The position numbers and the translations under genes are program-made. From the NCBI RefSeq assembly GCF_963921235.1, contig NC_086120.1:8122001-8186000 (forward strand): a stretch of 64,000 nucleotides of DNA. The letters are read 5' to 3'. Positions 22,456-35,751 of the stretch are shown here, in pieces; the first letter of the stretch is position 1; every line of letters starts with the position of its first letter. The DNA comes from Mobula hypostoma. Taxonomy: Eukaryota. Below the pieces are notes generated by a model. It did no database searches and had not been told where the DNA came from. It saw nothing but the letters and a program-made list of their open reading frames with translations.

Positions 22456-24915
22456 TGGAAACATAGAAACATAGAATGCTGTGCCCAAAATGTTCTTACC
22501 TTAGAACGATCTAGGCTTACCCATAGTCCTCTATTTTTTTAAGCTCCATTTATCCATTCAGGAGTCTCTTAAAATACCCCATCATTTCCGCCGCCACCAC
22601 CGCCGCCAGCAGCCCATTTCCACGCACTCACCATTCTCTGCGTAAAAAGCTTTGTCCTGACATCTCTTCTGTACCTACCTTCAAGCACCCTAAAACTATG
22701 CCCTCTCGCCCTAGGCATTTCAGCCTTGGGAAAACGCCTTGATATCCATACGACCAATGCCTCTCATTATCTTAAACACCTCTATCAGGTCATCTCTCAT
22801 CCTCTGTCGGTATAAGTGGAAAAGGCCAAGTTCACTCAACCAATTCTCATAAGGCATGCTCCCCAATTCAGGCAACATCCTTGTAAACCTTCTCTGCACC
22901 CTTTTTATAGTGTTCACGTACTTCCTGCAGTGAGGCGACCAGAATTGAGCACAGTACTCCAAGTGGGGTCTAACCAGGTTCCTATATAGCTGCAACATTA
23001 CCTCTCGGCTCTTCAACTTAATCCCAAAATTGATGAAGGCCAATGCACCGTATGCCTTCTTAACCACAGAGTCAACCTCCGTAGCAGCTTTGAGTGTCCT
23101 ATGGACTCGAACACCATGAACCCTTTGATCTCCCACACTGCCAAGAGTACCCCGCCATTAATGCCCTCCACACTATCCATAACACTCCCAACCTTTATGT
23201 CATCAGTAAATTTACCCATCCCTCCACTTACTCATCCAAGACATTTATGAAAATCACGAAGGGTAGAACAGATCCCTAAGGCACACCACTGGTAACCGAC
23301 TTCCATGCAGAAAATGACTCGTCTTCAACCATACTTTCCTTTCTGTGGGCAAAGCAGTTCTGCATCCACAAGGCAATGTACCCTTGGATCCCATGCCTCC
23401 TTACTTTCTAAATAAGACTTGCATGGGGTACCTTATCAAATGCCTTGCTGAAACCCATATACCCTACATCTACGGCTCTAATTTCATCGATATGTTTGGT
23501 CACATCCTCAAAAATTCAATCAGGCTAGTATGGTACGACGTGACTTTCACAAAGCCATACGCAACCCTCCAATGCTCTGGAACCTCTCCCGTCCCCACTG
23601 ATGTGCAATGATCTTCGCCAGAGACACAGCAGTCTCCTTCTTCGCTTTCCACAGTAGCCTGTGGTACATGCCGTGCAGTCCCGGTGACTTATCCAAACAT
23701 GGTACTTTGCAAAAGCTCCAGTACATCCTCTTCCTTAATATCTGCATGCTCAAGCTTGTCAGAAGTTGCAAGTCTTCCCTACAATCGCCAAGATCCTTTT
23801 CCTTCGTGAATACTGAAGTAAAGTATTCATTAAGTAGCACTGCTTCTCCTCCGGTTCCACAAACACTTTTCCACTGTCACACTTGATTGGTCCTATTCTC
23901 CCACATCTTATCCTCCTGCTCTTCACATAATTGTAGAATGCCTTGGGGTTTTCCTTCATCCTGTCCGCCAAGGCCCTCTCATGGCACCTTCTGGCTCTCC
24001 TAATTTTATTCTTAAGCTCCTTCCTGGTAGCCATATAATCTTCTAGATCTTTATCATTACCCCGTTTTTAGAACCTTTCGTTAGCTCTTTTCTTCTTGAC
24101 TAGATTTCCAATAGCCTTTGTACACCACAGTTCCTGTACCTTGCCATCCTTTCCGTCTCATTGGAAAGTAACTATGCAGAACCCCACACAAATATCCCCT
24201 GAACATTTGCCACAATTCTTCCACACGTTTCCCTGAGACAATCTGTTTCCAGTTTATGCTTCCAAGATCCCGCCTGATAGCCTCATATTTCCCCTTGCTC
24301 CAATTAAACGTTTCCCTAACTTGTCTGTTCCTATCTCTCTGCAATGCTATGGTAAAGGAGATAGAATTGTGATTACTACCTCCAAAATATTCTCCCACTA
24401 AGAGACCTGAGAAATGACCAAGTTCATTTCCCAATACTAGATCAAGGACAGCCTCTCCTCTTGTTGGCTTATCTACATATTTTGTCAAGAAGCCTTCCTG
24501 AACACACCTAACAAACGCCAGCACAACTAAACACAACACTTTAGGGAGATGTCAATCGATAATTGGGAAATTGAGATCTGCCACCACAAACCTGTTATCA
24601 CTACACCTTTGTAGAATCTATCTCCCTATCTTCTCCTCGATGTCCCCGTTACTATTGGGTGGTCTATAAAAACACCCAGTAGAGTTATTGACCCCTTCCT
24701 ATTCCTAACTTCCACCATAGAGACTCGGTAGGCAACACCTCCACGACTTCCTCCTTTTCTGCAGCCGTGACACTATCTCTGATCAACAGTGCCAAGCATC
24801 CACTTCTTTTCCCTCCCTCCCTGTCCTTTCTGCAACATCTAAAGCCTAGTAATTGAAGTAGCCATTCCAGCCCCTACACCATCCAGGTCTCTGTAATGGT
24901 CACAACAACATAGCT
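22456..24915 (-). mobile_element. Decayed CR1 ORF2 with 3' tail
   Basis: Tail gaaacatagaaacatagaa; minus ORF pieces HLEYCAQFW, KFTDDIK, NPKAFYNYVK, GSNHNSISF. Confidence 0.9.
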
Positions 24916-24959
24916 CCTTTTTTAATTCTTATACATGTAGAAGTATGTTTTCATGTTCT

Positions 24960-25980
24960 TACATTCATGCCGCATCTGTTCTTTGACTTTCTATTCTAGA
25001 ACATGGGAGATGATTAGATATCCTCATTAATTTATAAACAGGGGGATTTCCTTTATAATTGATGCTGCCCTCACCCACATCTCCTCCATTTTACACTCAT
25101 CTGCCCATGGCCCATCCTATCCCTATTATAACAAGGATAGGTCATCCTTTCTCTCTGGACTCTACTGCCAGCGTATAATTTTTCACAAATCTGCCATCTC
25201 GTTCGATATCCCATCACCAGACACATCTCGGTGATGGCCTTAGATATCGTTCCTACATTTTTCTCTTGTCCACCCATCTTCCACCACTAATCCTCCTCCT
25301 GGCACTTATCCCTGCCCCTGTCACAAGTGCTACTCCTTTTTCCTCATCATTCAGGTCCCCAACCAGTCCTTCAAGTTGAGGAAAAGATTCAGCTGCGAAT
25401 CCGTCCGGGTCATCTATTGTATCGGTGCTCTCGGTGCCGAATTCTGTATATTGGTGAGACCGCTTCATCTAGCATCTTCTCTATGCTCTCCGAGAAAGCC
25501 AGGATCTCTCTGTGGCCACGATTTCAATTCAACTGCTCTGCAGCCATGACGAGGCCAAACTCAGTTTGAAAGTGCAGCACCTCATATTCTGTTTGGTTAG
25601 CCTCGAACCTCAAGGTATGAACAAAAATTTCTCGAATTTCAGTATTTTCTAACCCCTCCTATTCTTCTCCCCTTCTCTTTTTACCTTTCTGTTTCAGGTT
25701 ACCTTTTCATCCTTTCTCTTCTCCTCCTCCGCTTCATGACCATTATCTGCCTCTGGGACCCCATGCCCTTTGATCTTTGGTCTACTGTTACCCTCTGTAA
25801 GTTTTCTACCTCATTAACCCTTTAGCCAATCCACCTATCACCCACCCCTCCCCCAACTTACCACCTCACCTGGTCTCACTTATCAGCAGTTGACTTGTCC
25901 TTCCGGTAATCACTCCCACCAAATTTTTCTAATCCTGGCAGCTTCTGATGAAGGCTCGCAGCCTGTAATATCGATTGTTT
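24960..25980 (+). mobile_element. Decayed Penelope-like 3' half, paralog of 14050-15055
   Basis: LYIGET at about 25445; shares derived states (cacaaatctg, tctcgttcga) with the 14-kb copy. Confidence 0.75.
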
Positions 25981-26439
25981 ATAGGATTTGTCCGATTTTG
26001 GTGAACAGAACAAACCTGAACATTACCATGTAGACAAAGGTACTGCGTTTGTCCTGGATTCTCGGATGCCTACATCCATGTACATTCACAATCTATCTGC
26101 TGTTGTTTCAGTGTGTCAGATTTGTCACTCAGTAGATAGACAACTTGCAGTGAAGGGACTCCAAACCTGCCTGGGTCTCCTTAAAGTCTACTATCATCAT
26201 CCTCTAAATTTATTGCTCCAGCTCTAAATATGAAAGGTGTTCCCTCTGAACCCAAATGCAAGTCATTAATATAGATGAAGGGCCGACATCATACAGACAC
26301 CTGGGTACTCACTCACACTTCCATCCAGTCTGATCAGTAACATAACTAGTTACTCTCTCTTTATTTTATTACCGTATCCATGGAGATAGACATCACGAGG
26401 CTTCCACTTTCTGGAACTTTCCACCAGTAATAAAAATTG

Positions 26440-28960
26440 TACCCCTGTTCTTACTTTCCGGAACTTTTATCACCTGCCGAATCCAATTATGATACAGAGA
26501 GCCGTGAGTTGTTGACTGTGAAATTAACCTTAGAAGAGTGGCAGAACTGGTTTGAAGGAGCTGAGCATCCGTTTGTTGTACGTACGGCTCAGAGGAATTG
26601 AGCTTATGTCCAGAATGCATTGCTTTTAGCCGATTTAGTAGAGTCGTTACTTGTCGTCCGGGTTCCAAGAACCTCAAGCTTGACGCCTTATCTAGGCAAT
26701 TTGATCCCCGCAACCTCTCAAGCCACGATTCAATAGATATGCTGGAGTCGATACTTTTAGAAAATAAACGTTTGTCTCCTGTCTCTTTTATATTGATTCC
26801 CAAATAGAAACGCACTCGAGAGCAGCAATCTAGTTTCCTGCTGTGTTCCCCCTGGTCGATTATTGTGCCACCCGAACTTCGGGCGGATGTGTTCAAATGG
26901 GGTCATGCATCCAAGATAATAGCCCACTCTGGAATTTCAGGTACCCTAGAGTTCATGAAAAAGACATTATTAGTGGTCTGTTATTAATCGGGAGGTCAGG
27001 TTATTGGTCCAACCTTTTGACATTTGTGCCCATCACAGATATTTCAATTCTCCTCTACCAGGGTCTTCTCCGTCCCCTCCCCATCCCCTGTAGCCCCGGT
27101 CCCATTTATCTCAGGATTTCCCCTTTCATGCTCCTCTACCGTTATTTTAGTTCTTGTTGATCGATTTTGCAAGGCTTGTAATTTTTTTCCTCACTGCATT
27201 GCCAACAGCCCGAGAATTTGCGGACTTTTATTACAGGGCGTGTTCAGGGTACTTGGATTTCCTTCTGATATTGTCTCTCGCAGGAGTTCACAATTTACTT
27301 CAATAGGTTCAATGGCTACATTTAATGTTAGAGAAATGTATACAATATGCATACTGAAATTCTTTTTCTTCGCAAACATCCACGAAAATAGAGGAGTGTC
27401 CCAAAGATTAAATGACAGTAAAATCGTTAAAACACCAAAACCTCCAGCACATGCAGCAGCAAGGCAACGAACGCCCACATCACCCCACCAGCATTAAGTG
27501 ATCAGCGCCCTCCACCGAGCACTCGGGCATGCAGCAAGAAAGACTAAAGACACAGACCTGCAGTACCCCAAAGACCACTGCTTCAACGGGAAATTTGACG
27601 TTCCACAGGCGCTCTCTCTCCCTAATAAGGGAGACAGAGATGTTCAAGGTTTAGAACATTTTGTAAACTTATTTAAGCTACCTCTAGCCTTTCTTCCAGT
27701 TTTCATCCTTAGACGAATGGTCAGACTGAGAGGACTAATCCAGATTTGGAATTCACCTTTTGTTGCCTTCCTTCAGGAGACCAATCCTCCAGAGGTGACC
27801 ATTTAACTTCGGTAGAGATAGCTTTTTACACATTTCATCATTCCTCGCCTAACATGTGTCCTTTCAAAAGTAGGTTTAGGATGAAGCGTCCTCTCTTTCC
27901 TGAGCAGGAGGTGAATGTCAGCGTAGTGTTCCATTTTCTAAATAGTTTGATGAGTGCTGTAAACAGCGATGTAAAAGCCAAGAGGACTTTTGCACACTTC
28001 GATAAGTCAGCAATTCCATGGCAACAAGGGGAAATAACTGGATCCTACATTTGTGTGGGTCTACCCAAGCTGTTCACCTTAAAATAGAATCTTGGAAGCT
28101 AGCTTTGGCTGCATTGGGCCCTGTTGAAAGGGTTGTTAAGAGAATCAATCCTGTAATATAGAGATTACAGCTTCCCAAGTATCGCCGAATCCATCCCACC
28201 TTTCGCATCTCTAAACTCAAACTATGATTCTGTAGAACTTTGGCCCCTATCCCTAAGCCTCTCCCTCCTCACAGAATCATAGATGGAGCACCTTTTTATA
28301 CTGACCAGAGATTGCTTGAATCCTGGCAAGTTAAGGGGCACTTTCAGTGTTTAGTTGATTGGGAGGGTTGTGACCTGCAAGCGAGGAGCTGGGTTACAGT
28401 CTGGGGTATTTTACATCCTATTCTGATTGCTGATTTTCATTGGCTTCACCCCAATCGCCGTAAACTGCTAGAAGATGAATTCCGAAGGGGGGTTTTGTCA
28501 CACCAAGAGTCATTTAAAATTTTTTTTTTCACAGAGGATGTGGATTGTATGTTCACAGTGTAACCTCATGGGTATTCAATAATCCTTGGATTGTTTACCT
28601 CACATTTCTGCTTTGTTTGTTTTTGGACTAGTTCTGGGCTTTCGTTTTGTGATGTTATGTCCCAGTTGGTTTCTATTACGGGGATTGTTAAACCCTCTTT
28701 ATATTTATCACTTTTGCTCAATTTGCACTGATTTGATTTCCATTGGATTTTCAATGTGTTGCATTGTAGTTGTCTTATCTACTCCCCTCATAATTTTACA
28801 TCCATCCATCAGGTATTCTAGATATCATGAGTTACGCAGAACTTCAAGGTTCTCTGTACTTTATCTGAGTTCTTCCTGCTTAAATTTGTATTATTTTTGT
28901 CTGATTTGAACTGCCGATCTTTCTGGAATCCCTGAGGTTGCAAATGAACCTGACGCAGGT
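26440..28960 (+). mobile_element. Decayed Gypsy (chromovirus/Sushi-like) pol: RNase H, integrase, chromodomain, PPT and probable 3' LTR
   Basis: [54 protein letters not shown]...LVDWEG...RSWV; polypurine gaagggggg before TGTCACA at about 28495. Confidence 0.85.
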
Positions 28961-29620
28961 CTCTTCCGATTCTTTCTCTCACCTTAAACCTACGCCCTCA
29001 AGCTTTGAATTCACTTTACCTTGGTAAACAACTGCTTGTTCACCCAGTCTACGCCCCTCTACAATCTTATATCACTCTCCTGCTATTCAAGAAAATGGTC
29101 AGCACATGTCCAACATCTCCTATAACACAGACTTTCAGTCACAGCAATATTCTGAAAAATCATTCTTCATGCTCCCTTTCGAGCTTAATGACCTTATTCC
29201 TTCAACACAGGGTTGAAAACTGTACAAATGCCTCAGTTGTAGCTTCACTGTTATCTCATACAACTGCAGTTTTGACATCTATACTCAAATGCTGACTGAT
29301 AAAGGATGCTGTGCTAAATGAGTTTGTTACCATTCTTTTCATCTGTGACAACACTTTCAGAGAACAATATATTGGCACTCCTACATCCCTTTCTTCTCGA
29401 AAAATCCCCAGGGATTTAGCAGTTGCTCTGATCGTATTACACAGCTTTGCCCTCCCAAACTTCAATCCCTTGCACTTACGCAGACTGAATGCCACTTGCC
29501 TCTCTTCCACCCACGTACCTCTCTGCTCTAGATCCCCTTGGAATTCTTAATATATCCAATGACATTCGGTTCTGCATTGTCCAAGGACATCCTCACCAGC
29601 AGTACAATATTTTCATTGAT
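28960..29620 (-). mobile_element. Highly decayed CR1 RT C-terminal fragment
   Basis: Minus frame FSLRKCKGLKFGRAK...ERDVGVPIYCSLKV. Confidence 0.65.
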
Positions 29621-30109
29621 CTATTCATGGACATAGATGATCACAAAAAACACGTTTGATTCTGCTAATTAGAGAGGGGTCTCTGGGCTCTCCACCTCAG
29701 GGATAGTTAACGTAAAGTCCTTATCAGCCACCTTCAATTGTGGCCCCAAATGCTCTCCAAACGAAGTGTGAAAATTATTCATTCATAGACATATGGGACA
29801 TGATCTTCATTGTACAGAAGTTCTTTTGATTCCATCCACCAAAGAGTCTATTGAACCATCTCCTCAGATTTGGTTTGCAATGAAATTAATCTCTAACTCA
29901 CAGTTGCTCCAGAAAAATTTGACAACAAAATCATCTGGGGTTCAACAAAGTTGCAATCTTATTTTTCTCAATCGGTCTCGTTTCTCTGTTGCATCTCTCT
30001 CCCAACGACGTTCCTGACGGAGTGGAGATGATCCCCAGAGCAAACGGGAATCTCATCAACCGACGAAACTGCACTCCTGAACCAAAGACTCTCGAACCCT
30101 GCTGGTCAA

Positions 30110-31150
30110 TCTGTTATATGTGTTATGACACACACAGAATCGCGCAAATATCTACGGTTTAGGCGCGCGAGCTCTATGGAATATGGATAGCAGACGCGGC
30201 CCCGTTAAAGATTCAGGACTCCCCACAAATTACCGGACATGTTTTGGCACCAGGAATTAATATATAAAGAGCTCGAAAACTGAGGTTCAGTGCTTAAACT
30301 TCAGCTGAGATAGATTAACGGCAAATGTCTTGTTTTGTTCTCAGTTCTCGTTTCAGTCTCGTATCGTGTCTCGATCAAAGACTGGGATAATCCTCCTTCC
30401 TCTGCAAGGTCTCTCATCACAGTACGATTGAGGCAACATGGACCCAGAGGGGTATCAGAGTCATTCGTCAGCTGTGGCCAGCAACAGCGAGAAAATTTCA
30501 AGATCGCGCCTGGAGATACACGACCTCCGGGTCACCGTGTGCCAACTCTCGCAGGGACGAAGCCAGAGTCGCTCGGGTGAGGATGTCGTTGCTCTGTGTA
30601 GCCAGTACATCTTCCTATGCCAGAGAATATTGCGCGATGCCCCGGGAACTTGCCATGGCTTCATTTCGCAATGTTTGTTGGTGTTCGAATTCCTGCCGGC
30701 CTGGTTCCATGCAGAGCGCGGAAAGGTGGTCTTCATGATCTCTCTCTCTCCTGACCAGGAGAGCCCTGACATCGGCCACCGTGCACTGGGTGTGATGGTC
30801 GGAGATTAGCTCCGATTCGGAGGAATTCATAGACGCCATGAGGAGCGTGTTCCATTTATCCCGCCTCTGACGTTGGATTGGGTGCATGTTGTCTCAAAGG
30901 ACACTTTCGGGCAATAAACTGCAACCATGTGTGTTCTTTACAGGCGGCTATCCCAGCAAAAGTTAACTACAACTTTTGAAATAGAGAGCTGCGTGCGGTC
31001 AAGTTGGCTCTGGAGAAATGGTGACACTGACTTGAAGGGGCTAAGAACCCTTATAGTACTAACAGACTGAAAAAAACTGACATATTCAGGAGGCCAAGAG
31101 ACTGAATTTCCGATAGTCCAGGTGGTCTCTTTTCTTTAACTGCTTTAATT
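30110..31150 (+). mobile_element. Internally deleted Gypsy: 5' LTR, gag N-terminus, RNase H remnant
   Basis: ...catcaCA gtacgat...ATGGACCC; gag motif APGTCHGFISQCLLVFEFLPAWFHAERGKVVFMISL; later NRELRAVKLALEKW..LEGAKNP. Confidence 0.8.
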
Positions 31151-31220
31151 TTGTAAATTGTTTAATTAATTGAAAGGTTGTAAAGTTAAAAGTTTGCAAA
31201 CTGATTTTAATTAATGCTGC

Positions 31221-31847
31221 TGTTACGTACCCCGTAACTGGGTTGCCAAACCAGCAGAAATAGACAATTTAGTTGGAGTCTGGAATTCTGGAACTAAGAA
31301 AGTTTTATTAAAGAATTAAGTAACACAGTACTCTAATACTAGGGATATAAATGCAACAGGTTAGCAATGATAAAACACACATGTACTCAGAACTAGGATA
31401 ATAGGATCAATCAAGCTCTATCGCAGTCTAGGGGTAAAATGATCAGCCTCAAGTGACACAGAGTTCAGTTCGCAGTAATCGCTGTTGTGCCGTTGGCGGG
31501 GTGGGGGGGGGGAGAGAGAGAGAGAGAGAGAGCGATTGATGATATTCAAATCGGATACAAACTGATATTCCTCGCAGTTAGCTTTCGGGCGAGCCCTTTG
31601 TAATGTCTTCTGAGGTCACCGACTGTGACCCCTCCGTTCCGGATACGATCGTTCTTCTGCGGTGAACCCGGCACCCAGGCAAGGGCGGACACACACACCA
31701 GGTTCCCGCCGATCGTACCTTTTCACCCTGTGCGCCTATGGGCGGTCCCGCGACCAGACCTCCAAAACTTCCACCAACTTGTTGGCGGGGGGCGGGGAGG
31801 GTACAACGCACTTCCAGGGTCTCGTTATCTCGTGGTGTCGTGGTGTG
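31221..31847 (-). mobile_element. Truncated LTR of the same family as 19722-20568
   Basis: Starts TGTTACGTACCCCGTAACTGGGTTGCC; the other end is missing; contains (GA)n at about 31511-31531. Confidence 0.85.
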
Positions 31848-31849
31848 AA

Positions 31850-34370
31850 ATCCAGAACTTGTTCAGTGGTGGGTTATCTCGACTGAACAAACAGACTGCC
31901 TCTCGCAATGTTCCTCTTCTCTCAACGTCAAGTTTTCAGGCTGAGCAGGTGATTTGGAGAAATGGTCCCTCACCCAGTCATACACTTGTGATGAAAGAGA
32001 GAGAAAGTACTGGTCAATTTTGCTCTGCATTTCTTCCAGGTGGTTTTCAATAAGACTCGAGACTTTCTGATCCTTCCTTACTCTCAAGCCCAAGCAGCAG
32101 TGGAAACATTTCAAGATTTCCTTTTGCAACATGATTTTTTCCAAGATTCAGTTTATTTTTAAGTTCAAGAATCTTGTCTTTTGATGTCAAAACATTTTAA
32201 ACAGAGACTTGTTCAACTGGTTTATTTGACGACAAACGACTGTTAATTAGGCTAGTTTCTGTGGCTATTCTTAATCTTCAAGACCCTCAGCAAAATCTGG
32301 CTGACTATTTTTCTTAAAAGTACAGCTGCAATTCACCTTTAGCTCAAACATCCTGCTGATAACTCTAAGCCACCGGATTTCCATATGTAGCAGAAGATTG
32401 GTCTGCTCTTTGTCCCGGTTTTCACACAGTATATTAAACATTCTCGAGTGAACTGGTAGTCGTTTAATAAAGCTAACCATTTTAACTGAATATAAGTAAC
32501 CATTTTTGTAACATCTTCCAGAACTTTTTTCATTTCATCTCCATGACTTTTTGACATCAGTACCTCTTTGTGACGAAATAAGTGCATTTTTTTCTTGGAC
32601 AAGAGAAACGAAACCTCTCAAGGCGGGAGACATTGATGGGGCAACATCAGTACTCATGCCAACACAGTTCCTCCAAGCCAGGACATTTGTTTCCAGATAT
32701 GAAGCCGAAACTTTAAACATATCTTGGTCTTTGCTTGGTCCGGGTAGTTCTTAGGAACAGGATTTTTTTTTCTTTAATTTCACCATCATTTGCAAACCTT
32801 ACAAATGCTACAACATAATATTTATTAGTGAAATATGTTGGCCCATCAACCTGTATAGAGAAGCTGTTGTTTTTCAGTTTCTCACACATAACCTCTACAG
32901 CATCATGTGACATGCAATCAATACGTCGAACTCTCGTACTGTTTGAGAGTGGCCGCATTGTCGCCCGAACATAAAACCATACAAGAACCCTTTCTCAAGC
33001 TACTATATGCGGACGACTGTGCTATTCTCAAGCACACAGAGGACGCGCTACAGGCTGCAGTCACTCAGTTAGCTTAAGCTGCAAGGGCTTTCGGGTGAAC
33101 GGTCTGTCTGAAGCAAACAATGATCCTCCATCAGAAGCCCCCTCGTGGCGTTCACAACACACCTGGAATCAACACTGACGACCAGCCTCTCAGCACCGTT
33201 GAGCAGTTCACCTACCTGGGCAGCGTCATTTCTAAGGACGCTACGGCAGGAAGAGACGAAAACAATCGAATTGCCAGAGCTACCAGTGCCTTCGGGCTCT
33301 TCCAGGAAAGTGCGTGAAAGAACCACTAGCTACGGCTATGCACAAAAATCCATCTGTACAGGGCTGCGGTCGTCACAGCACTGCTATACGGCTCCCAAGC
33401 CTGGGGCTCCTACCATAAGCAGATCCGGTTGCTCGAGCGCGTTCTTCAGCGCTGCCTACGCTCCATCATAAGTATCAGCTGCCAAGATCCTGTCTCCAAC
33501 AACGAGGACTTGGAGAAGGCTGAACGTCTTATTATTGAAGTCACTTTGCTGCTCAGGCGGCTGCGGTGGCCAGACCACATGTGTCGCATGGAGAACTCCA
33601 GTTATCGAAAGCAGTACTCTGTGGAGACCACAGTGGACAAGAAAGATCGTGGTGTCCCGAGCAAGAGGTACAAAGAACAATTTAAGCAGCAGCTCCCTCC
33701 GGCAAATATCGATGTCAAAGAGTGACAGCAGCTGTCTTGTGACAGAGACCGCTGGTCCACGGGGCAGACAAGAATATTGCGCAATCCAGAAGAGTGGCTA
33801 CTGAAGAGAAGAGGAGACGCAGGAGGGATCCGACTACCCAAGCGTCCGCATCCCCGCTGCTCTCGTGCCCCAACTGCTCCAGTCTGCAGATCGAGAATTC
33901 CACATCAACAACGATCGTGCCGTCGCTCCTGAGGAGTATTCTTCCCTCCTGATCTTCACAATTGTAGAAATAGCCATCATCATCATCGAGCGTGAAACCT
34001 TTTCAATTTCTCGTACTACATATTGTCCTAGCATTAGACACACGATAATTTTATATACTGGCATTATGAGGTTTTCATCAACAGTGTGGCTTTTCGTTTT
34101 CTGGATAATATGTTATGCAAATAAATAACTTGCTTCCTGAGCCCTTTTAATGACTGTGAATTTATTAACAAAATCTTTACTGCTTTTGTTTTGAGATTCC
34201 AATAGTTGTTTAAATCAACCAGCACTTTTACGTGTTATACGGCTGTGATTTGTAGTTGTGTCTTTTCAATTTTACTGGAGCCATTGCTGAATTTGTAAGT
34301 TGTTTGCCACAGATGAGGCATAATGGAATAGGACAGCTTGCCTCACCAGGCCATGTAAAACCTATTAATA
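31850..34370 (-). mobile_element. Decayed hAT (Buster/Charlie-type) transposase interrupted by an RTE LINE
   Basis: [23 protein letters not shown] (BED finger), PLSNSTRVRRID, FSIQVDGPTY, EMKKVLEDVTKMV, DWVRDHF; many stops and frameshifts. Confidence 0.85.
32953..33988 (+). mobile_element. 5'-truncated RTE-clade LINE
   Basis: KLLYADDCAILKHTEDALQ, VEQFTYLGSVIS, NNRIARATSAFG; (CAT)n tail; the hAT frame resumes on both sides. Confidence 0.85.
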
Positions 34371-34374
34371 CGCA

Positions 34375-35350
34375 AACAGGAGGAAATCTGCAGATGCTGG
34401 AATTTCGTGCAACACACTTAAAAATTGCCGGTGAACGCAGCAAGCCAGGCAGCATTTATAGGAAGAGGTACAGTCGACGTTTCGAGCCGAGAGCGTTCGT
34501 CAGGAGTAACTGAAAGAAGAGATAGTAAGAGATTTGAAAGTGAGACTCACAAGTGAAGCGTTGCCTCACCTGGAAGGACTGTTTGGGGCCATGAATGGTG
34601 GCAAGAGCGGAGGTGTAGCACTTGCGCTAACAGGGATAAGTAAGTCTGTGAGTCTGTTGGGGTCATCTATTGCATCTGGTGCTCCCGGTGCGGACTCCTC
34701 TACAGCGGTGAAACCCGACGCAGATTGGGGGACCGCTTCGTCGACCACCTCTGCTCCGTCCGCCAAAACAGACAGGATCTCCCAGTAGCCACCAACTTCT
34801 ATTCTGCTTCCCACTCCCATTCAGATATGTCCATACATGGTCTCCTCTACTGCCATGATGAGGCTAAACTCAGAGTGGAGGAGCAACACCTCATATACCG
34901 TCTAGGTAGTCTCCAGCCCCTTGGTATGAACATAGAATTCTCCAACTTCCGGTAATTCCCTCCCCCTCCCTTCCCCTATCCCTATGTCACTCTTCCTCTT
35001 CCCCCAGCTGCTTATCACCTCCCTCATGGTTCTGCCTCCTTCTGTTACCCACTGTGTTTTCCCCTATTTTTTCTTCACCTTTCCTGCCTATCACCTCCCT
35101 GCCTCCCCTCCCCCACCCCTTTATCTTTCCCCTTACTGGTTTTTCACCTGGAACCTACCAGCCTTCTCCTTCCCACCCTCCCCCTACCTTCTTTATAGGG
35201 CCTCTGCTCCTTCCCTCTACAGTCCTGACGAAGGGTTCGGGCCCAAAACATCGACCGATCTTTTCCACGGATGCTGCCCAACCTGCTGAGTTCCTCTAGC
35301 GTGTTGTGAGCGTTGCTCTGACCCAAACATCTGCACAGTGTTTTGTGTTT
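34375..35350. mobile_element. Penelope-like insertion with an inverted 5' segment and a second, outward-facing 3' end
   Basis: 34375-34640 is minus (pLTR end + ORF piece); 34645-35350 is plus (GDRFVDHLCSVRQ...EEQHLIYRLGSLQPLGMNIEFSNFR* + UTR). Confidence 0.85.
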
Positions 35351-35359
35351 CCAGTTTGT

Positions 35360-35750
35360 TACCTAATACTAGATCTGGTATGGCATTCCCCCAATCGGCC
35401 TGTCAACATACTGTGACAGGAATCCGTCCTGGAGACAATTAACAAACTCTGCCCTGTCTAAACTCTTGGAACTAATCAGGTGCCAATCAATATTAGGGAA
35501 GTTAAAGTCACCCATGATAACAACCCTGTCATTTTTGCACCTTTCCAAAATCTGCCTCCCAATCTGCTTCTCGGTATCTCTGCTGCTACCAGGGGGCCTA
35601 TAGAATACTCCCAATAGAGTAACTGCTCCCTTCCTGTTCCTGACTTCCACCCATACTGACTCAAAGAGGATCCCGCTACATTACCCACCCTTTCTGTAGC
35701 TGTAATAATATCCCTGACAAGTAATGCCACCCCTCCTCCCCTTCCCGCCG
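35360..35750 (-). mobile_element. CR1 endonuclease fragment
   Basis: GGGVALLVRD, LLGVFYRPP, VIMGDFNFPNIDW. Confidence 0.9.
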
Positions 35751-35751
35751 T

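Noticed and set aside
30438-30809. Domesticated gag (PEG10/RTL-like) gene
   Set aside because: It is frameshifted, has an LTR upstream and a decayed RNase H downstream: an ordinary Gypsy relic.
31850-34370. Domesticated ZBED/Buster host gene
   Set aside because: Multiple stops and frameshifts, plus a LINE insertion.
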